A program made the position numbers and the translations under genes. A DNA stretch of 64,000 nt, taken from NCBI GenBank assembly GCA_951406725.2, contig OX597820.1:59396001-59460000 (forward strand), read 5' to 3'. The notes beneath the pieces were generated by a model. The model had not been told where the DNA came from. It searched no databases and saw only the letters and a list, made by a program, of their open reading frames with translations. Numbering within the stretch: the stretch's first letter is position 1; each line of letters begins with the position of its first letter. Positions 52,068-64,000 of this stretch are shown here, piece after piece. The stretch comes from Octopus vulgaris. Taxonomy: Eukaryota.

Positions 52068-52615
52068 CTCTTCTTCTTGTCTTGAGACAGCATTCGCCCG
52101 GGGTGGGTCGAGCTGGCTTCAATCATCCTCAATGCTGCATTTCTCACAAACGCCGACCAGACCTGGCGATTTGAGGCTAACAACCACGTGATCTCAAACC
52201 ATTCCTTATTCCAGCGGCGAACGCCATAGATATGGGGGCCTAGGTTGGGCTCCGGATAAGCCTTGACTGTCATCAGCCAGGTTTTTCGTTGTCCACCACA
52301 TTGCTTTCGCCAACCCTGAAGGGGAGCTGGGGCAATTGCTTCGTAGATGAATTCTCCTGGTTGACGACAGAGGGCATGACCCAGCCAACGCAGACATCTC
52401 GTTAGGATGACTTGCCGGAGGGAGGTGATTTTGCACTGGTGTTGCATCGAATTGCTGGAGACAAGGTGATGCCATTGGACACGAAGAATGCGGCATAGAC
52501 AGAGGTGATCAAAGGATTCTAGTCGCTTAATATCTTCCACCCTCATCAGCCATGACTCGCTACCGTAAAGGAGAATCGTCCGCACTAGTGCTTGGTAGAT
52601 CTACTTTGGTGGTGC
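52068..52615 (-). mobile_element. RTE-clade LINE 3' fragment with an open frame
   Basis: IYQALVRTILLYGSESW, LESFDHLCLCRIL, RCLRWLGHAL and GGQRKTW motifs; ends in a caagacaagaagaaga tail. Confidence 0.9.
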
Positions 52616-53615
52616 ATCGGATCTGAGATCTGAGATCTGAGACATAAAGGATCCAGTGTAGAACTCTGATTGTGTTGCATGATCCCAGTTAGCCTTGCTG
52701 AATCAGACTTATGGTATATAGCAAGTTAGTCAAACACAATAGTCTGGACATGTGTTAACTATAGAGTGACGGGTTGGATATGTTGTGCTTGTGCAGAGTG
52801 CTTTCACAGTCTGGACATGTTATGTGTAATGAAATATGTGACAACTAGGCTGTAACAACTATAAGTTGATATTATAAAACACCTGATGGTAGATGTAGAA
52901 TAGAGAGGTGGAGAGAGAGAGAGAGAGAGAGAGGAGAGACTAAAGAATAGCTGGAATGAAGGGGCTCAATCATACCTTAATGTGTGTGTGTGTGAATTGC
53001 CATAGTTGTTTTAAGATTTCGGAGTCTATGTCTCTATATGATTACACCACCTGCTAGAAATAGTAACATGATCTCCTTAACTCACAACCCCACAACCTTA
53101 GCACAGTTAAAACAAATTGAAAAAAATGTAGTGTCAAGATTCCATGAAAAAAAAAAAAATGATACAGACATAACTGAGATGCCTTTCATTACAGTTCTAT
53201 TTGATCATAGTTGACAACTCCCTCCCAGAATGTAACAAAGACATGAAATTAATATTATTGAAGGAAGACAGGGTATTAATAACAACAATAATGATGTCAC
53301 ATGCACCTCTGTAAAATATGAGATTCTGTTATTCAAGCAATCATACAATAAATTATGCAGGACTCTTTTCCTGTATGTAGGAATTTTTGTCAACAGTTCA
53401 AGGAAACTATGATGATGAGGCCTAATGGATTGAAACATGTCCCACCAAATATGTAATTATCTGATGAATTGCAGAGTTTTGGTAATTTATCTCCCCTTCT
53501 CTTTGATAGTCACAATTGTCATTAGGTTTTCTATCTTCTGGCACTTTCAACTTAGGTAGGACTGGGCCAATTTATGTCAGAGTAATACTCTCTCTCTATA
53601 TATATATATATATAT

Positions 53616-53656
<41 letters not shown>

Positions 53657-53658
53657 TA

Positions 53659-54139
53659 CTGTAAATCTTCGAGTATAATCCGCATTTTCCCCCAAAAATT
53701 TTAAGGTCAAAATCCCTAGTGCGTACTATATATGAGGTTAAAAATGAAAATTATTTTCTAAGCAATGTCCGTGTCTCTATTTGCTGTCCGGCAATGTTTA
53801 TTCAGACGCATTTTGTGATGTCGGACGCGAAAATACCTTAAGCTAAACCTGAAAGCAATGAAGTCATAAAAGAATCATCTATAACTCGCAGTAAGCAACA
53901 TTTATTAAACGTTATTACCGTTATTTCCTTATTTTCTGCAAACAAAATGCATAAAAAAGCTACACGTTTGCATTATGTTATATATACAATAATAATAAAG
54001 GACGTTACCATTTACATTTTTACAAACCAAGGACGTTATATAGACCTCCTTGATTCAAGGGGTGCATATACAAGGTTTAGGTTTTTTAGAGGTACAGCCT
54101 TCTAAAAATCCCCTGCGTATTATACTCAAGGATTTACGG
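53659..54139. mobile_element. Tc1/mariner superfamily (pogo/Tc2-like) non-autonomous element, 481 bp
   Basis: 26-bp imperfect TIRs ctgtaaatcttcgagtataatccgca / tgcgtattatactcaaggatttacgg, flanked by TA on both sides. Confidence 0.85.
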
Positions 54140-55045
54140 TATGTGAAAATTCTCCTTATTTGATGTAATTCACAACACATGCACAATCATAACTATACAA
54201 CTACAACCATCAACATACAAGCAAACACACGAGGTGGGGAAAGTGAGTATGGACAAAAATATACATATATACATGCATTTTTACATAAATACATTATTGT
54301 ATGTGTTGTTTAACTCCAGGGTAGCTCTGACTGAGCAGACCTATGATTAAAAGTGTTACATTCCTAACTATTTATCCTGTCTTTCTTTCCAGGACCATGC
54401 ATTTAATAGTACATTATTGAACATTAGTGTATAATTTAAGGAAGATTTGACTGCTATTTCTTGCAGGGCCAGCAAGTGCATAGAGGTTTTATTTCTTTGT
54501 TGTTGAGCCCCCAAACCAGCCCTATTCAAAAGGCATTCCTGCTGTAACCTTACTGTTTATTTTATAAGATTATGTAGGACTTCATTATTTGCTGCTAGTG
54601 GTGATAATCCATTGGATAGCTTGAGTAGGGAGTGTGGAGGTGAGATGAGCAGACACTGAAAACCAGAGATATCTTGTGTAAAATTGCAGATGCACTAAAT
54701 TAAAGTAACTAAACTACACTACACAGCAATAATAGTCTGTATACAAAGGTTGCTGTTGCTGTTACCACTACCACCACCACTTGCCAAGAGATGAATCTTT
54801 ATGTATCTGTTAGAAATAGCAGCCAAATCTCCCTCAATTCAGACTGTACCTCCCCCCCCCCCAAAAAAAAGACTGGATACACAATGTCTAACAAAAAAAA
54901 AAAAAAGACTGGATAGCCACGGTTGGATTGTCTTTGACCGCAGGGTCAATCCAATCAGTGTTGACCTAGGATTGCTAAGCAACTAATAAAATAATGCGAT
55001 GCAAGGCCATGAAATTGGGACAGTAGGGAGAGAATAAGCCAGATA

Positions 55046-55527
55046 GTATAAAAGATGGGCTACAGCAAATATTCTGCTCAATACCACAGATTTGCTTGTC
55101 AGTTGTTTGGCCTTAATCAGTTGAGCATGTCTCTTAGTGGCTGACGATATGTGCATCTCTGATCACAAGCAGAAGTAGTAGGGGAGCATCATAGCCATGT
55201 GTTGAAGGGGATTCTTTGGGGGTCTGAATAATTCACCTCTGGAAACATGGGTGTTTTGTTCATCATTCTTAAACAAACGTTATTCAGGGACCTTTTGAGT
55301 AGGATGGGCTACTCGACCTGAAGAAAAGTCTAACTGGGCCCCACCTGCAAGGTCATGTGCTGTTTATCTTGATATGAGATTACTATGTCATGCATGTGAT
55401 GCATGTGCCTAGTGTACCCATCAAATGGGTAGTCATGATGGGTATACTGGGCTTTGTAGATTTTGCCCCAGTGTCACTTTGATGGAATGCACTGCTCTTT
55501 CACTCAATAATAATAATAATAATAATT
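55046..55527 (+). mobile_element. Second, 5'-truncated copy of the (TAA)n-tailed repeat
   Basis: Collinear with 21770-22267. Confidence 0.75.
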
Positions 55528-55543
55528 ATTATTATTATTATTT

Positions 55544-56042
55544 CAAATATTGGCACAAGGCCAGCAATTTCAGAGTAGTAAGTTGATTACATTGACCTCA
55601 ATATTCAAGGGTTTTTCTTTTCTTATCGATCCTGGAAGGATGACAGGCAAAGTTAACCTCAATGGAATTTGAACACAGAATGTAAAGATGAACGAAATGC
55701 CACTAAGCATTTTGCCTGGTGTGTGAATGGTTCTGCCAGCTCACTGCCTATTAATAATGAGTCATGAGAAATATTGCTAGGCCTTTAGTCCAATGCACTA
55801 ATGATTCTGTCTTTTAGATTCTAATAATTCTTTTTAATTTTAGCATGAAGCAAGCAATTTTGAAAGCAGGGAGGGGAGTAGGTTGATTACATGAACCCCA
55901 GTACTTGACTGGTTGTTATTTTATTGATCCCAAAGGATGACAGATACTGTTGACCTTGGTGGAATTTGAACTCAAGAATGTAGAGCTGAGCAAAATGCTG
56001 CTTAGCATTTTGCCCAATGTGCTAATGGTTCTGCCAGCTTGC
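55544..56042 (-). mobile_element. Two older SINE family 2 copies
   Basis: aaggatga.aggcaaag...ggaatttgaac..ctgccagct seen twice. Confidence 0.72.
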
Positions 56043-56240
56043 TTTACATATAAAACTTCTTTTAACTCTCTTACAGAAGTGTATCAAAGTGACTGAGGTC
56101 ATTACACTGTATGTCATTTCTTGAGCAAAACAACCCTCTCTACTGCCCTAACACACACACACGCACATACCGCCATACTCATTTTTCACTTAAGATTATT
56201 TTTAATTTTACTATTTGTTTAGATACATGCCAATTTTGAA

Positions 56241-56297
<57 letters not shown>

Positions 56298-57242
56298 TAT
56301 ACACATACACACACATATATATATATATGCATACACACGCAAACATACAATACACACATATACATATGTACATGCATTTTTTACACACACACACATTATA
56401 TATAATGATATAAAGAAGACAAAAAACATTCACACACTGACACACTGAGACATACTTATGTAAAGACATATTAAATTCCTAATATCTATTTCTCATATAG
56501 GAACAAGCTCACAAATGTACATACAGAGCAGGGGGTTAGGCAGTTGAATTGACCCCAGTATGTGTGACTGATACATATTTTATCAACAACCAAAGTGAGA
56601 TTTGAACAAGGATGTAACTGAATACCATAAAGAATTTTTATCCCTACATTCTGTTGTTTCAACCACTTTACTCCTTCCCACTCAGTTTAATATAAACAAC
56701 ACATGCAATAGCTTTCTATGTCAACAGTCAGCTCATTAAAGTTTCTTATTAGAACAAACAAACAAGACCTATAAGGAAGATACACATTCTTACTCTTGTC
56801 CTGTTACAATCTCTGCATGTCCCCACCATCATACTAAACACTTTCTAGGGATGTGTATGTGGTAAAGAAATTTGCCCAGCAACCATTTGTTTTCGGGGAT
56901 TTAATCCTGCTGAAGGGTAACTGTAGCAAATGTTATCAATCATATACGAGGACGAACCAATACTTTGTTGAGTGGAACTTGATAGATTAAGATTCTGTGG
57001 AACCTGTCATGGTAAACTTAGGCAGGTGTCTTCTATTATAGCCCTAAGCAACCAAAGCCATGTGCATGGAAAGTGAAGTCAATCGTATATATGTCAAACA
57101 TGTGAAACTAATCCACAGGCATTTTGCCTGGCTTTCTTCTTTTTTTGTATTTCTTTTCTTTTCTTCTCATTTCTCTTGGACTTTCCCCTAGTGTCTAAAG
57201 AAGGATTGTATCTAAAACCTTAAAAGTTTTATACCTTCCGAG

Positions 57243-58260
57243 CAGGCATTGTCGAAAATGCATTGCAGAGCTTGCAATAAATTTATTTCGTTGCAATGAA
57301 TTTATTGCATTTTATTATTTTTTTTAATAAATTAATAGCATTTTCTTTCGTCACAATAAATAATTGCAATAAATTGCAATGCTCTCCAGAAAATCCCCTT
57401 GTAAAATTTTTACGCATCCAAAAATGTCATTTTTTGCAAAAATAACTACATTCCTAATGAAAGCTCTACTTTCTCAATTTTCATTGATCTGTTTCTTTGC
57501 TGTCCAAAATATGTTTGGATCACCTACAATTTTCTAAAAATTCTTACACCGCCTGCCAGAATGGCAATATCGACCACCAATGTGTGATATGACCTAGGAT
57601 GGAAAGACATTCCTACAACGCTTCCCTTAGGGCCCATACCACCCCAATCAAGACAGAAAAAAAACATATGAATGGAAAAAGGATGGTTTCATACTATTAA
57701 CAATTAAAATGAGTATGCATTTAACAATTTACATGAGGGGATTGGATGAAACGATACACAAAACAAGTTCATTATCCCAAAGATGGTCATTTACTCTTAA
57801 AAACAGTTGTATCTCCAGATATATGGGTGATAATTGATGTCTTGTATCATTGAAGGCATTTGCTGCTACACTGAAGAACCTTTCATCCAAGTTAGTTGTT
57901 AGCAAAATGAATGGTGTATTAATATAACGTGGTTGGCTGGCACCCATCTCGCTTCGATGCTTTTTGAGGCCATTGCAAGCGAAGTTGTCCGATTCATTGT
58001 CCAAAACCGTTTCTTGTTCTGGTGTATTGGGCAGCTTTAAGGTTACAACAGATTCCTTTTCCTCTGCAGCCAGCTCAGTGGCTTTTTGTATTTTTTACCT
58101 AAGACTTCTCAAACAAAGGGAATTGGATTGCACTTAATTGCAATCTTCGCAATAAATTATTGCAATAATTGTAGCTTTGCAATAAATTATTGCAATTGAA
58201 AAGAGCTTAGCAGTAAATTAATTTATTGCAATTACTGCAATTAATTTTTGACAACCCATG
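57243..58260 (-). mobile_element. Internally deleted hAT transposon, 1018 bp
   Basis: Perfect 8-bp TSD cttccgag (57235-57242 and 58261-58268); imperfect TIRs; many subterminal ttgcaat motifs; residual C-terminal dimerisation-like peptide ERFFSVA..R..LSP..LE.QLFL..N..LWD. Confidence 0.88.
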
Positions 58261-58935
58261 CTTCCGAGAGTGTTGGTCTAATAATAATATCTGTGAATGT
58301 CTCTTGTACTTTTGTGAGGTTGTTTTGCAAGTGTTAATGTTTTTAATTTATTGCAGTCTGCAGCAAAACTATTTGATAAATTAGTTATCATAAGTCTTTT
58401 CTTTGATATTGGTTAATTAGCAATACTACTTGTCCCTCAAATATATATATATACATATATATACATACACATACATAAATACATAAATGTATGTATGTAT
58501 GTATATGCATGTTTATGCAATTTTTGCCAATGTCTATATCAACACAATTTATGAATGAACCTGAGTGAAGAAATGAAAAATTTGTTTTAAGTCCTTTTAT
58601 ATATTTAATTTGCCTGTCATTACAGACACTCCCTCATCAATCTTAGAGAAATCCAGTAAACCATTGATGCTACTGTTCACCTTCATCTGTTACTACATAA
58701 AATAAAATATGAATCCTCTTTGCCCCCAGAACTGTAAGCATTTGGAACTCCAATTCTAGTACTATGTTTTTCCTTATAAAAAACAATCTGCAAAGATTCA
58801 ATCTGGCTATCAAGCCTCACTAGCAGAGTCCTGCAAAAGACATGTGCTGTGTTCCTTTTTTTCTCCTACCAGGCTTTTGATTTTTGGCCACAAGGCCTCG
58901 TACTTATGAGTGTTTAAATGATTCTAATATTTTAA

Positions 58936-59279
58936 ACCTTTAGGCATTTAAACTGGCCACATCCAACCAAAATATTCTATGTTACTTTATGTTCAAACTA
59001 GCAAGATCTGGCTTCTTACACCTACCATATAAAGTATTTTATATGTCTGACAAATGATGTTTATGTCCCTTTAACTTAGCTGTTTGGCAAAAGAGACCAA
59101 TAGAATAAGTACTAGGCTTACAAAGAAAATGTCCCGGGGTCAATTTCTTCGCCTAAAACCTTTTAAAGTGGTGCTCCAGTATGGCCACAGTCAAATGACT
59201 GAAACGTGTAAAAGAGCAATAAATTCTAAACAATGTGAATAAGCATAACACTTGATATGGTAATATGAATGTTAAAGGG
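58936..59279. mobile_element. piggyBac-type MITE family B with a nested SINE family 1 3' half (about 59050-59215)
   Basis: MITE ends match 37950-38156; the interior matches the SINE tail. Confidence 0.78.
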
Positions 59280-60844
59280 TTAAGGGTGCCTTTTGATAAC
59301 AACTGGAAGTAAGAAGGATTAAAGAAAAAAGTTATCTCAATGGAAATTGAACTCAAAATGTGAAAAAAGCCTGTAACTAAATGCTGCAAGTAATTAGTCT
59401 TGCACTCCATTGCTTCTGCGAGTGAACCCACAGAAGCATAAAAAAAGAAAAAGAAAAAAAAGTCAAATTTAAACAGTAATTTGCTAATTAGTATGTTCAA
59501 TGCTTCCTTACTTATGGGATACAGTACAATTTGTAGACACACACACACACACAGAGAAAAAAGAACAAGAAAATGTGGTTTTGGTGAAGACCAACCCTAC
59601 TGAAACAAATTAAGTAAGACATACCAAGTTCATTAAAAAAACTACTGCTGTCACCCACAACCGCTACCATCTAGCTACCACCCTTCTGAACATCACTACC
59701 ACCCAGTGCCTACTACTTCCACCTGCCAACCAAGCTGGTACAAATACAACCACCAACACTGACATCATTAATGTCACATTTCTCAACTATAAAACAGTCT
59801 CAAAAACTTTAAATATTACTTGTTAGTAAAGAGTTTTGATTGCTGAATTTAATCATCATCATTTAATGTCTGTTTTCTATGCTGGCATGGGTTGGACAGT
59901 TTGACAGGAGCTGGCCAGCCAGTGAGCCACCCGGGCTCCAATTTGTCTATTTTGGTATGGTTTCTATTGCTGGATGCCCTTTCTATTGCCAACCACTTTA
60001 CAGAGTGTACTGGGAGCTTTTTATGTGGCACCAATACCAGTAATAATAATTTTCTGTAATTTAGGCACAAGTCAATTTTGATGAGGGCTGGGGGAGTAGT
60101 CAATATCATTGACCCCAGCACTTAATTTATCAACCCTCAAAAAGATGAAGGCTGACTGTGGCAGAATTTGAATACAAAATGTTGAGTTGGAATAAATACT
60201 GCAAAACATCAATTCTATTGTTCTGATGATTCAGTCAGTTTACCATTTTAATAAAAATTTAGGAAGTCTTTGTTTAGCAAATGTTCTACATTTGATACTA
60301 TAGCATGGGATTGTAGCCAGGTGTTTTCTGTAATCTTCAAATGAGGAATACCTTGTGAGTGGAATAAAGTAGTCAGAAACTTTGCAGAAGCCCTTTATGT
60401 TTGTGTGCATGTGGGCTGGTATTTGTGCCTGTACGTGTGGGTGCAATTGTGTGTATATTTAAAACTGATGTAAAATTTAGTGTTAACGATGTGTCTTTTT
60501 ATGTCCCATAACTTTATAATTGAATGATTTCATAAATATTGATTGCTAAAATAATATCAAATTGAAATAAATAGAGGGAGTGATATGGTTGTCTAAAACT
60601 TTGAAGGTAGTGTCTCAGCATGGTTGCTGTTCAGTGATTTAAAAAGAGTACATTAAAAAATTGCAATTACATACATGCATGCAACTGCACTGTCTTAATG
60701 CAGCTACATCATGGCACTAGTAATTGTATATTGGTGGGTTGTCATTTTCTTTATTTTAACTTTTTTTTTTTGGTTTTGCTATTTTTACATACGTGCATAC
60801 ATACATTATATGAATGTGTTTATTCCTGTTTCTTTGTTTTGGTA

Positions 60845-61320
60845 TTATTCTTTTTATTCTTTTACTTGTTTCAGTCATTTGACTGTGGCCATGCTGGAGC
60901 ACCGCCTCTAGCCGAGCAAATCAACCCCAGGACTTCTTTGTAAGCCTAGTACTTATTCTATTGGTCTCTTTTGCCAAACCACTAAGTTACAGGGACATAA
61001 ACACACCAGCATCGGTTGTCAAGCGATGTTGGGGGGGGGACTAACATGGACACACAAACATATATACACACACACACACATATATATATACGACGGGCTT
61101 CTTTCAGCCTCCATCTACCAAATCCACTCACAAGCCTTTGGTCGGCCTGAGGCTATAGTAGAAAACACTTGCCCAAGTATATATATATATGACAGACTTC
61201 TTTCAGTTTCTGCCTACCAAATCCACTCACAAAGCTTTGGTTGCCCAAAGTGCCATGCAGTGGGACTGAACCTGGAACCATGTGGTTGGTAAGCAAGCTA
61301 CTTGCCACACAGCCACTCCT
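60845..61320 (-). mobile_element. SINE family 1 with an internal direct duplication
   Basis: The segment cttctttcag..ctaccaaatccactcacaa occurs twice (near 61097 and 61197). Confidence 0.87.
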
Positions 61321-62554
61321 GGAAATGAGTGGGAACATGAGCAGAATTTTAAACAAAAATCACCATCATACAAGCAGTGTCTTCAGTTAAATCTTGTCCA
61401 TCCGTTATTCTGTTTATGCTTAAAGGACAAGGGGAAATATTACCTAGTTTGAAAATAATTAAAAGCTGGCGATACGCAAAGCACTTTACCATAAAAGATC
61501 TGTCAATGAATTTCACCCGACCCAGTGAAAGTGATGATAATGAATTAAGAATCTAGATGAGTTTCATTATACAACTAATATTTGTCATCATTAAGCTAAT
61601 AGGTGGAAAGCTGGCAGAATCATTAGCATGCCAGACAAATGTTCTGAGTTCAAATTCCGCCAAGGTTCACTTTGTATTTTATTCTTTCGGTGTCAACAAA
61701 ACTGACTAGCCCGTTACCCAAAATTTCAGGCTTTGTGCCTATAATACAAACGATTATTTATTCATTAGAAAAAATGCTTTCTGATATCTAGTTATTGCTT
61801 TTTATGTTCAAAGTTTAAGCCCCTCTGAGATCAATTTTTACCTTTCATTCTTCTTAGATTGAAAACTAAGGCACCAGCCAGTCAACTACTGGGAATGACT
61901 TAATTGACTAACTTAACACTTCTCCTCAAATCTATGTCCCTGTGCCTATGTTAGGAATGGTTATTAAAGTGGTAGACAAAACCCTTTCTCTCTGGCCAAT
62001 GCCTAACTTTTTCAATAACTATTCCAAGATGAAAGTGGTGGCTTCAAAGATTGGGAGAGGGCACATGCTTTGGTATTCCTCACAGACTATGTTTTTTGGT
62101 ATGGGCGGGGGGTGGGGGTGTTCTCTGATTGGCCTTGTGCTGTCCCTCACCATTCAACACACAGACACACACACACAGATCATCATCAACAGCAGTATTA
62201 TCATCATTTTTAATGTCCGTCTTACAACGCTGGCATAAGTTGGACTGGATATTTTGAGGTAGTAGTTCATGGCCAGATACCCTTCTAGTGCCAACGGTTA
62301 TCTTAAAGACAGTAAAAGATATTTGCTTAAGCAGATTTCGACTACTATATGGAGCAGGTCAAAGTTCACAGGCAGCAGCAAAAAACAAAAAAACCCAATC
62401 AATAACGAACACACACATTAATATATAAATGTCGCCTGATTAATATTTCAGATATGAAACCATTAGTTAGTAACGATGTGTTTATCTGCAAATTGACTTA
62501 GTCCCCACTTGTACTAAATACTCGATTTTTGTTCATGGAGATTTGTTTACAATA

Positions 62555-62975
62555 TATTTCTTTTACTACCCACAAGGGGCTAAACACAGGGAGGACAAAC
62601 AAGGACAGACAAACGGATTAAGTCGATATCGATCCCCAGTGCGTAACTGGTATTTAATTTATCGACCCCGAAAGGATGAAAGGCAAAGTCGATCTCGGCG
62701 GAATTTGAACTCAGAACGTAGCGGCAGACGAAATACCTATTTCTTTACTACCCACAAGGGGCTAAGCTAATCACAGAGGGGACAAACAAGGACAGACACG
62801 CGGATTAAGTCGATTATATCGACCCTAGTGCGTAACTGGTATCTAATTTATCGACCCCGAAAGGATGAAAGGCAAAGTCGACCTCGGTGGAATTTTAACT
62901 CAGAACGTAGCGGCAGACGAAATACTGCTAAGCATTTCGCCCGGTGTGCTAACGTTTCTGCCAGCTCGCCGCCTT
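62555..62975 (-). mobile_element. Young SINE family 2 tandem dimer: full copy 62738-62975 plus a head-truncated copy 62555-62737
   Basis: About 180-bp near-identical direct repeat with CpGs intact. Confidence 0.9.
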
Positions 62976-64000
62976 AAATTTGTTTACAATACACACACAC
63001 ACACAAACATATTTATTTATACATACATATCACAGTAAATTAATATTTGCGCGAACAAAAATACAGATACTCGTGAATAACTATTTTCTTTACAATAATA
63101 ATTTCTTTGAATTTAATAATAATGTATAAGGAATAATTGTTGTTGACCCTGGCACGATTTGAACTCAGAACATAAAAAGACAATTAAAAAAACAATGCAT
63201 TTTGCTCGTTGCTTCACTATAAATAGAATCGACACCCTGCAAAAAGTTTTCAACAATTTCGGACTTAGTACTTTTCTCTATACAAAACAAATTTTAGCTT
63301 TATTGGCAGGCAGTGATTTCATTTAAAACTTATAACAACAAAAAAAATCATACTAAAATTGAAGAGACTAAAGATTTTACATTGTTCTATCTAAATTGAC
63401 AGGAGAAGAATTATGCTTTAAAATGAGATGAAATTCAATGAAAATTTTTTTTTTTTTTTTTTTACGAAACAGCGGCGTTAAATTTCCGTGTTTTCGGAGT
63501 TTTGGAAATTGTGTTTTCGTTAACTGAAGAGTGCTACTTCCTTTAAGACATCATTAATTTGTAATGAAACGCGAAAGATGGTTAGATAGAAGGGAGATAA
63601 CTCTACAAACACAACTAGAAAGTTTCATGTTGATGTATTCTAACCCTAGCTTGTATCCGACGGGGACAAACAGACTTATAATGGAAGAGACTAAGAGCCA
63701 TGACAGAAGAAAAGTTATTTCTGAACTGTTGAGCGACTATAGCACACATTACATATTGATAAACAAAACGGGGGATAATGATTGCACGAATAAATATTAG
63801 TATAATCATCATCACCTAAAATATTCGTATTATTTACATTATTTAAGCGCGCGTACACACATACACAGAAACGGAATGTTGTAGAAATTTAAAAAACAAA
63901 AACAAAGAACGATGGTGGTGTTGGGGATGAGGACAATAATTAAAGTACGCTTAACATCCAACAGATTGGAGATCTAAATCTAAAGAATGATTGAGCTGAG

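Noticed and set aside
57190-57222. Vestigial hammerhead ribozyme (ctaaagaagg...ctaaaac)
   Set aside because: The catalytic core CUGANGA/GAAA is not intact and the stems cannot be supported.

Overview
AT-rich animal DNA, dense in microsatellites and SINEs. The repeat families suggest an octopus genome (inference). The whole window lies inside a minus-strand patched (ptc/PTCH, Hedgehog receptor) gene that the ORF track almost entirely misses. Four GT-AG exons (17323-17137, 6162-6093, 4647-4550, 550-448; 458 nt) splice in frame to xDGRLSKERDYTRKTIGEGSGTTYEVIIQTPENGLNILSVESMLLHLQAVMAAAKIEVKLYD-I-TWSLHDICYAPSSDIFVQPYLEK-ILTDLLPCMIISPLDCFWEGAKLFGPENHMSI-M-KYSNNVKWTNLNPREMVEKSDINNRDVILDVMDR, part of the first extracellular domain (equivalent to human PTCH1 exons 3, 4, 5 and the start of 6). 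I found no exon 2 between 17324 and 64000, so that intron is probably >46 kb. The introns hold several tRNA-derived SINE families, RTE LINE fragments, a mariner remnant, hAT, pogo/Tc2 and piggyBac-type non-autonomous elements, and an abundant unclassified ~200-bp repeat. The most interesting unexplained signals, all hypotheses, are: a 45-bp fold-back hairpin that is fully paired only on the ptc-sense strand; Gli/Ci-type sites; CpG-retaining intronic domains; a frame-preserving 213-nt candidate cassette exon with a signal-peptide-like segment; a 33-nt candidate poison exon; and inverted repeats bracketing exon 3. Repeat boundaries are approximate and were read by eye.
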